A stretch of DNA of 64,000 nt from Fimbriosthenelais zetlandica (lineage: Eukaryota): the NCBI GenBank assembly GCA_977030845.1, contig OZ365111.1, positions 11,470,001-11,534,000 on the forward strand. Direction: 5' to 3'. A program made the position numbers and the translations under genes. Positions 53,530 through 64,000 of the stretch are shown here, piece after piece; the first letter of the stretch is position 1; every line of letters begins with the position of its first letter. A model generated the notes under the pieces. The model made no database searches and had not been told where the DNA came from. It worked only from the letters and a program-made list of their open reading frames with translations.

Positions 53530-56500
53530 TGCCCACAGTAAAGACAAAAAGACAGCCAGAGCAGTTGGGAGCAAGAGGAGAGTCAGGAACAAGAACGTTA
53601 TAGGATCTGCCCGGGCAGAGGGAGGAAGTACGACACTGAACATCTGCGGCAAAGAAGGAAAGACAAGAAATTAATACAGGGAAATGAGAAGCTGTGCTGA
53701 AGAAAGATGAGAATAACTAAAAGAGAACGGGAGACCGGAATGTGGCAAGGAGAAAGAGGCATGTGACTTGGACGTTCTTGCATGTGATTCCTGGTTACAT
53801 GAAGCTAATAGGGTCCCTAATTAACCTAGATGATGGTTGATGAATATCCCCATGGGGACAAATTAATAGTCCGCCATGAATGATTGTTGACGTTAGACCT
53901 CCCCTTATCATTCCTACAAAGTAAATCTCCTACTGAATGTTCGATGGGAGAGCAATCTCAAAAATATAAAGGCATAAACTAACTAAGGAACGTTAATAAT
54001 GGCCTATCAGCCGATTTAATGGCCCTGTTTCCAGGAACTAAACCTCCACTGAGTTTAATTGTATACAGAATGGGTATTCAACAGTATGGTGCAATTTCCC
54101 AGTACCTCCATACACTAATTAAGGCCCATTTCAACCAGACCAGAGCTAAATACATTTTAAGCGCAGACTTGGCCATTGCTTTAGCAATAAACCTCTATTC
54201 AGTCACGTAAATTCTTTTTTTCTACTCTCTGAGGTGACAGGCCCCTGTTGCTGTGCATGTGGAAGCCTGACTGCTAGTCATTTCCATGGATACACTTGTC
54301 AACATGTCCAAAAAGGTCTAATCATAGATCAAAGCATACCCATAGGGTTTTTCCACTTTATTTCTCATGGTGTTATACCGTGATAAGTAGCCTGTTTATG
54401 AATCAATTCATGTAATACATTAAGTCTACTCCAGCCTAATATTTAATATCAATACCCCATAACTATTTTACATTAGCACGTATGCCTTAAAGACCCAACT
54501 GCCTTAACTGTACCATGTGTATTTTTCCTTATACCTTTGATCAAAGGTTTTTTAAATATTCAGATAAAAGCAATAATTGTGCTAATAGACATATATATAT
54601 ATAGAGGGCATCCAGCATTGTAGAGTGAATATTCTATCGACTGTGCCAATTATTGCCTTCTCTCATCCATGGATAGCACTGTGCTGTGATATTGATGCAG
54701 GCCAAACAGGCAGCTGTGCATGGCCCAGCTGTTTATCGTCTCTCTTCCTCAGGCCTCGCCACACTGCCTGTTTGTTCGATGCATAATCCCTGCAAAAGCC
54801 GATTATGGACTCAGGTGACCAAGCAGAAGATTGCTACCTCTCAATAATCTGCCCCAGGATCCTGATATATCGAAGGAAGGTGTAAGTGATGTAAAATGAA
54901 TAATAAAACTTCCCACAGTTTGTTTAGCCTCGAATCTTTGCGATTTTTGTTGTCATGTCAGGCATCATTCATACATATGTATACATAAGAGTGCTCTATT
55001 CTAAGGGCAATGATCCGTCTGCATCGGCATATAGTCAGGAGACTAACAGCTTTCATTAATGTATCATATATCTTGTATTGTGTATCATTTATCTCGAGGC
55101 TAGACTTTGGGAGGAGATGGATATATGCAGGGAGTTTTTTACGTCTTTTTTATGATTCTGATCTTGCTTCTTAGCGGCATCCATAATGCACATATTTATG
55201 TCATATTGATCGACCGTCGCATCAATGCCAGCTTTCTTACCTTGCATTGTTATTCAATATCGTCATATAATAATTATCCTCCGACGGTTTTCTTCAAAAT
55301 AATATGTCACCCTTCTGTTCCTGAAATACACAGGCATGCCTAAAAACCCAAAGAAAGATCCAAATTCCAAGGTCTCCATGGAATATCCATGCAAAAACTA
55401 GGCTGCTTTACACAGAACAACCATTGGGAAGTGGAAGATTGAGTCTGCTGCACTTGAGCTTTAGCCCCACAGACAAAATACCATAATTCAGTCAAAAAAC
55501 CAATGACTATACTCTTGTTAAATACTCCCAATACTCCGACGGCAATTAATTGGAATATGTTTGCGGCTTGATTCCTGGTGCCTATAGGTAATAATACATA
55601 GAGAACGAATAGAATATATGAACTTTGTGTCACCAATGTTACCTTTGAAGTTTGAGTTATGTTTAAGCCCAACTTGTCTTGTACGTTGTATTTGAGATGA
55701 CTGTGGATTGTCATTAGGACCTCATTGTTTTATGCTTTACTCTTGCTTACTCAGCTGGATGAAGATGAACAACATAGAAAGCCTCAATAATTAGCCCACT
55801 CTCAGATGATTGATTAACACAATACCGTACATATATGGGACAAACATCATGTCCTTTCAGCTGTTGTAAGCATGTATGTATGTACAAACAGAGAATTAAT
55901 GAGACCCCTAATCAAAAGTGGTGACTTCATCCATTAATGGGTAAACCAGTAAGTACATGCACCTATATATGTCTATAGAAGTTCCGTCTTCAGGCTATGA
56001 TTATCTATAGTAATCCTCTCTGCAGCGACTCTCATTAAGGCCAGAGTTAAGTAACGTTCTCTTGCAACTTATCGTCAAGTATAGGGTTTCAAATTAAAAG
56101 CCATTTATTACTAGCTCATCTCATTCAATATGCAATAGAGGCTTACATTGGTGTAGCATGGAAAAAGGTCATCCCTAAAGTGTTTGTAAAGTGTCGTGTT
56201 TACTATGGCTATAACTTTATGGCTCTGATTTGCTCTCTAATACAGACACCAGTGTTATATAACCTTTTTTTTTTTATCTATCAACCATTGGATAAGATCG
56301 ATTGACAGTAATTGTAGTAGCTGAAATGAAAATTTGGGACTCGTAAAAACAGCTTAGGTTGCCATTTTATTCACTTTCCAATCAATAACTGCCAATGTAA
56401 ATATAGGTATTATCTATAACAGCCCTGATCGCCTTAGGCCAATAATTAGAGGTTCGATTTGAATTTCCAAGATTGTAAAATACCGAACGAGTCTCATTAC

Positions 56501-56880
56501 ATCGATGCTGTTCGTGTCCATTCGATTCACTGCGATATTGATGAGTTCAAAAGAGAATGATCACCGTGCTGAGACTTGTGCATAAAGTATGGTTAACTGC
56601 TGTCGTCATGGCTCATTGCCAGTGTGCAAAAGCTCAAGGCCATCACTGGGGTCATCAAATAGAACGAGATGAACGTGAATATTTCATTACTCTGATCAGA
56701 ACACTGCAACACTAGAATCTATAAAAGAAAACAACCCGTGTTAAGCTAAAGGCTATGCGAAATAGCTTCAATATCCCTTTGTTGTACATGCAATTTCAGG
56801 GTCCTCGCGGTGGATGCTAAAGTATCAGAGGAATTTATGGTTAATTGTGTTCGAGACTTTCCCATGGAATCCTAGTACAT

Positions 56881-56884
<4 letters not shown>

Positions 56885-56926
<42 letters not shown>
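56885..56926 (+). repeat. Perfect (CT)21 microsatellite
   Basis: 42 nt uninterrupted CT repeat. It explains the SLSLSL and RERERE runs in ORFs 56814..57071 and 56825..57088. Confidence 0.98.
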
Positions 56927-56930
<4 letters not shown>

Positions 56931-58588
56931 AGTTTTGAAAGTTTGAAACTTCGAACAAATGCATTGAGAAATGTGAAACAATATGGGTACTCATTATGGG
57001 CACTTTGCAGCTGGCAAAGTTTTGCGAACTTTAATGCATTAACACGAAAGTATATTTGGAGAAAGATTTGAATAAGGTTGATGGGCAACTATGGTTTAAT
57101 TGATTTCTTTGGGTGTACCCATGGATGCAATCTGCTATCGATAACGGCCAGTTTTTAATGGGATGATTACCATCACCTGCATGCATCCCACACCTCTGTC
57201 ATACAACTCTTCTGTTATCTGTCAACAACATGGTGAACTGCATTAGAATGTACTGGCAGATATGGTACGCAGGATATATTGGATATTTGGCACAAAGCAG
57301 GAACTACAATGATTGCACGAATACTCAACTATACATAAATTATTCCCATTGCAAATATCGATAACTGGTTTTATTGACGAGGAATGGAGTGACAAATAAT
57401 AGTGATAGAACTTTTGACACGTTCCCCCTCGGGGAGTTTACACATTCAGGTATATCTCCAAACGGCTTTTACTGGGCATAATTATATATATTATGAATAA
57501 TGTATTTCAGAAACCTTTACGAAAATTACTGAGAAATTCTGGTATGCTTTTATATTATGTACATTAGACTTGCAATTCTATAACTGTCAGGAATTGCTCT
57601 TTCATAATGAATGAATCTGATCAATTACCTTGATTCTACCTTGATGACCGCAATCTTTGGTCCAGTAATATGTAGGCCTATTTCCGAGAATGCAGAGGCG
57701 GTAAACTGAGAAACCACCTCATTCATGGACAAAAGAGCATGACCTTAAAGCCTTCATTGCTGCGAGCATTTGTTACATAAGAAGCAAAATGAGTACACTG
57801 GTTATTATGAGTTCTAAGGACATGGACCAGGGTCATACAGAACACTTATACCTGAATCGCATGAAATTAGTCTATTGGAGAGCAGTTTAATCACATTGAT
57901 ATCTGCTGTATGAGCCAACTATTGGTCCGATGAAAGTACAGGCACTCTGAAAGGATTCTGAAAGGATGACTTACATTTCTTTAATTTTTTTCTTGAGGAT
58001 ATTTTTTGTACACCATACCACCATAAATGATAATGTGAGTCATGAAATGAACTAAATCTCACAGTATCGAGCTTCTCCTTTTGGTGTACATGTATGTATA
58101 ATATAATACGCATGACAGAAATATATCTGGGCGTATTCAGTGCTTCACAATTTTTTAAAGCAGTGATCTAGATTCTACAGTGGCCAGCCAGGAAATCGTA
58201 CATCGTATTAACCTTTATGCACTCTGCATGTATGTTGAGTAGCAGTATACTTAGTAGTATTCTCCACAAGCTTTTTGATGAATCATCCCTCAGAATCACA
58301 CCTTGCTTGCCCATTATAAGCTGTGGCGTAAACTGCAAGCCTGTGATATAGTTTATGAAGCCCCGATGAAATATCAATATACAAAGTACAGTATGCAATT
58401 ACCTAAACACTGTAGGCTGTATGACTGCATTATGGTGCATAATTTATAAACATGAAATTTAGCAGAGGTTTGTCAAAGTGTCGTAGAATGGCGATAAATA
58501 TTCAAATGACGCAATGCTTTAGCTTATGGTTGTACAATGGTTGTAAGCCTACCAGGTAGTCGAACCACTCGGTCACATTATCATGGTC

Positions 58589-58757
58589 GGCGAGGGTCCC
58601 CTCGTCGAGCGATTGTAATCTACAAGGAATATTTTTGAGAAAACAGTGCAATAGCAAGCACTTCTTTCAAGAAAATAGTACTGTTTCAAATAGCAAACCC
58701 TCGACGACATTGCCCTCGTCGACCCTCGCCATTGGCGAGGTTCCTTGTATAACAAGG
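58589..58757. repeat. CG-rich short inverted-repeat and hairpin cluster (possible non-autonomous DNA/rolling-circle element end structure)
   Basis: GGCGAGGGTC (58589-58598) is the exact reverse complement of GACCCTCGCC (58721-58730). Three back-to-back hairpins follow: TCGACGA-8nt-TCGTCGA (58701-58722), CCTCGCC-ATT-GGCGAGG (58724-58740) and CCTTGT-ATA-ACAAGG (58743-58757). CCCTCG(T/A)CGA occurs three times. Confidence 0.65.
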
Positions 58758-59089
58758 GGTGTTGTAAGTTGTTGTAAACATGTCCTTGTTTAATGTTATT
58801 GTTCAACATGGAATTCTTTGCTATTTATAATTAGTAGCATGTATTCGGTATATATCTAACTGTTAAAGCCAATCGATCATACCTTCTCAGAGGAATATTT
58901 TGTGGAGCCAAAAAATCAAAGTCATTCTGTGGGCCTAGTGTGGAAAGTTTGGACCACACTAAAGCTGTGTGTACTGTTAGGATCCGCTTCACACGTAAAG
59001 CAAACGTGAAGTATTCATGGGTCTTTCTTTATGGCCAAGATGGAAGCACTACAGGGACCACTTGGCCTTCTCAGCACGATATACCTTAC

Positions 59090-59155
59090 CTTTCCGATTG
59101 TTTCACTCCCATTCAATATGCATGAATCGGGCCTGACCGAGGCATGGCATGTCCC
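59090..59155 (-). CDS. Candidate 66-nt exon (GTCHASVRPDSCILNGSETIGK)
   Basis: Acceptor GCTGTTTTATTCCAG| and donor AAG|GTAAGG. Only the phase-0 frame is open. Confidence 0.2.
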
Positions 59156-61631
59156 CTGGAATAAAACAGCTCCAGGGTGTAAGTTTTCACAGGAACTAGT
59201 GTAGAAGGAGGCACTATTTAAATGCTTCCTCTCGCCACCCAGCCCTCTCATTCATGTCTCATTCTTTAGTCAAAAAATCCTCTGAGGCAAATGAATCCTA
59301 AGAACTTAATATACGCTTGATACGGTTGTGGAGAAGACAATTACAATTAATGTCCAATCCTACGTTAAAAAGCAATGCAGGGATGTTAATTATTTACTTG
59401 GATTTAATCATAATGTAATTACTAGGAGAGAGATGCTGTGTGGAAAAAACATGATTCGGGTATCTGTAATGTTGACTCATTAATGAAACACTCACTGCGT
59501 GTAAGGTGTTCAGCTCTTTACACGCAAATGTACATGTTACTTATTTAGCACCATAAATCAGGAACAAACCTTTACCAGGGGATACTGATCACTTTATTTT
59601 GATTTGATTACTTTACTTTAAGTAAGTGTATTGTATAAAGTATATGTTCGGGAATTATCTCCCATGTCCATACAAGGAGTGGTGTTGGACATTGTGGTAA
59701 CTACATCTCATACATGAAATACCCCAGATGAGGCAGTCTTGTCGCGGCATTTAAATAAAAACAGACTGTCTGAGCCATGGAAAATAAAACCTCGATACTT
59801 GCCTGCTTTATTGCTTCTTACCTATTCACCATTTATGTTGTCGTTTTGTGGAGTTAATTGATGTATGTTTTGTTAGCGGCCTTGGTCCGCACAATGACCT
59901 GCAGCATTTGCGATGCATTTTTAATCACAAATGCAGATAAATCTTGCTTGCATACAATGGCCAATGTCAAACGTGATAAAGTTGTGTTTTAGCTGATCTG
60001 ATTCCGGAAAGCATATTGGACCGAAAATCATTCGGTCGAAATCTAGTTTTGTTGGAGCTGTCTGATTGGCTGCTTCTGTGGAAGTTGGTAAATTGTAAAC
60101 TTTTCTTTCATAGACCCTTCAAAAAACTACCCATGCGCATTATGTCCCAAACAGCATTGTCTAAATGTATGCAATTATATTTAAATATATGGTTCTGACA
60201 ATCACTCATAAATCCAATCTAACAGCAAGAATCAGCCCTCGCAGAGCTGACAAGAAAGTAATTAACAATAAACACAGATAATTCTAAGGGGATTCTGGTT
60301 CTAACTCCTACATTATATTTCCTTACATGTATAACAACCAAATACAAAAGCATCACTGATTAGTTCCAGTCAACAGCCTTGCAAACAACCTGTCACTACC
60401 AATAAGCAAGGGAGGGGAGGACTTGGAATCTTCTGGCTGTTCCCTCAATTGTTTACTCATTGTCTGCCAAGCAAGGAGTGGACGGAGAAAATGACATTTG
60501 TCGGCGGGTCTCCACGGTGGGGGCTCTGGCAATATGGGAATCTTATCAGCTCTCCTGGGGTTATTTATCATCGCTTTGATATTCCACACACTACTTGGAT
60601 CCCACATAAATAACCGGCACAAGTGGAGATAAATGTCAGGCGGCTTGATGGAAAACCTCCCCTGTTAATTAATGGAATAACAGGTCAATAAAAGAGGCTA
60701 TAGGATCAGGCAAACAGATACAGACATATATAACTATTGTATGTGGGTATATGGCCGGGATGTATAGATATATCAGATGTGGCATTAATAAAAGCACAAG
60801 CTCATTAAAACATAATATTATCCCACATCTCATACAACTATATAATGTTGCATCGCAAGACCTTTAACAATTGACTGTACGTTCAATGTTCTTTCCATTT
60901 ACTACTCTTGTTTTAAATATAATACTTTAACATTTAACATGGGGATCTGACGTCTCACAAAATCAATTATACTGTATTGATAATGAGAATAGGACATTAT
61001 GATACAAAGGTATATATAAGGCCTACATACAAGCTACACACAATTGCAATGCATTGCTCCAAACACGTGAGATGGTGAATAATGTATCAGCCCATGTCAT
61101 TTACATCTAAAATCTATACTGCTCTAACTTTCAGAACACTTGTTTGAGCATTGACTTAATGTATTTTATGTCATCAACTGGGAATACTAATGAATGCTAA
61201 ATACTCATGGAGCCATTTACGATATCAAGATATATGTGAATCAATACATAGCTAATAGCTAAAATCAATAACTGTGATTTTTTTTATTGATATCTGCCCA
61301 TGAAGGCAATTCAATAATGGCAGTGCTCTGTATAATCGAAGCAATAGGTGCAATATAGAAAGAAAAACCTTTCAATCTCCTGACAAAAGCCCTCTTTAAA
61401 TATGAGAGGTAATGACCCTAAACTATAATAATCATTTGTTATCAGTATTCCCATTATTGCCATTATACAATCTACAGTGTTTTGTTTGAAAACCATATAT
61501 CCTGGGGCCCACACTTCAGGATGGCGATGGCGGTGTTGCCGTGAACAGTGTCATTAATAACATTGAAATGTCAGTGCCCGGGTCGCTGATAGGTCCTAAT
61601 GCAAAAACCTAGTCAACTAAACATCACTCAC

Positions 61632-61710
61632 CCGCATATTTCGTCTGACACATTCAGGTGAATTTTCATACTGGTCAATAGACCACCAGGAGTGAGTGCA
61701 TCAGCCCCTC
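61632..61710 (-). other. Candidate 79-nt exon
   Basis: Acceptor CTTTAATTTTTTTTAG| and donor CGG|GTGAGT. One frame is open (GADALTPGGLLTSMKIHLNVSDEIC). Confidence 0.15.
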
Positions 61711-64000
61711 CTAAAAAAAATTAAAGTGGATCGATCAGTTCCTCAGGTGCTTGATGGAGGGAAAAAGCAATTGAACACCATAATGACACTGTTCCACGCA
61801 TGCCTGTTCAATCGAACAAGGAAAGATCAAAGGCTCATCAGACACAAAATACTATTTTTATCACTCATGATCTATGCTGATTAACCCCCCTTTAAAAAAT
61901 CCTCTATGGGATATTGCGGTAGCGCACGTCAGGGGTTGATTTCCTAATTGTTATACATGTAAGCTATATGAGCAAATGGACATCAAATATATTTCTCTGG
62001 TTTACATTCATGAATATAATCATTGGCTCTCTTTTGGCTTGTTTTGCTACACCTGAATCATGTGGTTCCGTTATGAAACTTTTACAAGGCATAACAATCC
62101 TTCAGATTTTTTTCTCACTTTTTTTTCAGGACGAATGCCCAAGACAACCGAGGTCATCTTGAAGCAGATAAGATTTAAGGCCACCTCATGAATGTTTAAT
62201 TGATCTTCTTCCTGATTCTGATGCCACACAAGCATTTCCATTGTACAAGCTAGGTTACATTGCGCTCCTACATGTATAATGATTCCGTGGCTTTACAAAG
62301 TTCTATGTTTTCCAGTTTGTTTTGTTTGAGTTTGTTCACCTTTGATTTTAAAAGTTGCATTTCTTGCCTGTGGATTCCTGCTGGTAACCTGTGTTAGAAC
62401 AACGAGTATGGTTAGAAGTAGAGTCAATAAAACAGGGAAATATGATTGTAAGAAAGTAGGCCTAGATATTTGTCAGTTTCTATATTATATGCGTATGTAT
62501 AACCTAAATATTTCACTGACATTTGCCAATACCATTGTGATTAATGGTCAGGTCTTTGCCATTTAACTCCATGCAGGTATTCTGGAAAATTAATGGAAAC
62601 GGGCTCTATTGTGCCGGAGGAAAATAATATGTGTTTGATACATGTGAATATTGATGCACGACAATGGAATTGCATTCAGATAGAGTATGGGCCTTGTGCA
62701 TGGCAGGAGGGCGTGTGAGAAGATAGATGGTTGGATTGGAGGGCTAATAGGCAGGTATCATGCTTACCATACCCTGATAACATGGGTCACAACCCTGGAG
62801 TTATTATTCCAGCTGTAATCGCCCGTGAAAACCATCTGGTCATGCCATCATGGGTCAAGGGTGATGGGTCAATGACCAATACCCAAGGTCAGGAAATATT
62901 TCTTAATACCAAGATCGTGTTTCATTATGATTAAGCATGGCTTTATGCATTAGATATAAGATATGAGAACGTGTTTACTTCTGTTATGTTGAAGATTTGG
63001 TCCTATAGTAAGTCTATGACTGGGCGATGATGGGAGGTACCGGAAGTAGACTTCTACTGATGATTTCACGCTTCCTTTGACGAGAAAGTTATTAATTAGA
63101 GTTATTCATGAGAGCCCTATTCATTAGTTTTGCGAATTGATATTTTGTGCGCCATTTTATCCTCTTATTACTGTATACGTATTTGAGGCCCAGCCATTGG
63201 CATTGTCCCTGCATCCAAGTTACAGCCTCTCGATTGGGGCCCTTGCGTGAGAGGAATCCCGAATTATCGCCCACACTGTCAAGACGTGCATTATGTCCCG
63301 ATGAAAAATGAATGGCAATCTGGTAAACGATTTAACCTCCGGGTCAGTGTAGAATATAAGTACGTTATCAGCTGCCCTGATGATGTTTAACACGTTAGGG
63401 GATAATTACAACATATATATGATTCATGTATACCGGCGAGTAGTGTGAAAAACACTGTCAGTTTCACGGTTGAAGTAATGAAGAGTTTTAGATTAATTCT
63501 GTGTTGGTGTGGATCAAGTTCGCAGTACCACTTTAAATTAAATTCAAGGACGTTGCCATAATAGACCTACATAGTTTTATTTCTACTGTATACATGTACC
63601 TGGAAATAGTTGAATGTATCCTAAAATGATGAACAATATATTCACCGGTAATAAAATTGATTTTTGAAATGTATAGTGTAATAACTCAAAGGAATTTAGG
63701 CGGAATGTAGGGGTGGATTTTCACCTTAACTTAACTCTTTATGTTCTCTTGATTTATTGTTAGACACTGTCGCCAATAAATAATTAATAGTGAAAAATCC
63801 ACCGACTATTTCACAGTAGTATAATGAAAAATACATCACTTCTATTCCTAGTTTTATTGGATGTTTTTTACTTGTATGCTATCTGATTGATTGCTTTTCA
63901 TTTACAGGTGATTTTTAAAATTAACGATTAAGTTATATATCAATGTTATTGATTACCCTGTTGATAACACCTTCGGACTTCGAACACTCATTATAAATTT

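Noticed and set aside
60485-60592. Minus-strand peptide WNIKAMINNPRR...ADKCHFL, resembling the start of an L1/Tx1 APE endonuclease (WNVKGLNNP..D..FLQETH)
   Set aside because: The catalytic QETH motif is absent, spacing is off by several residues, and I found no downstream endonuclease or RT motifs.
1-64000. CRISPR arrays, rRNA or tRNA genes, telomeric arrays, LTR pairs, prokaryotic operons
   Set aside because: I saw no repeat-spacer periodicity, no conserved rRNA or tRNA motifs, no tandem TTAGGG, no long direct repeats and no long ORFs.

Overview
This looks like eukaryotic, largely non-coding DNA: moderately AT-rich (about 40% GC by eye), patchy in CpG, with microsatellites and no ORF longer than 162 aa. 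I recognise no protein family in any of the six-frame ORFs. I found no rRNA, tRNA, CRISPR array, operon or intact transposon. What the sequence supports directly is (i) simple repeats, (ii) a ~200 bp foldback element at 41.1-41.3 kb, (iii) a CG-rich cluster of short hairpins and an inverted repeat at 58.6-58.76 kb, (iv) a few G4 or polypyrimidine tracts, and (v) several CpG-rich patches with eukaryotic TF-like motifs (CRE, ETS, NRF1-like, CTCF-like, DR1). More speculatively, short segments flanked by good spliceosomal sites could be exons. Four minus-strand ones are frame-preserving and could belong to one long-intron gene. The frequent TACATGTA octamer hints at a marine-invertebrate-type genome, but this is an inference. 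I found no convincing new biological system, and all functional calls need homology or RNA data.
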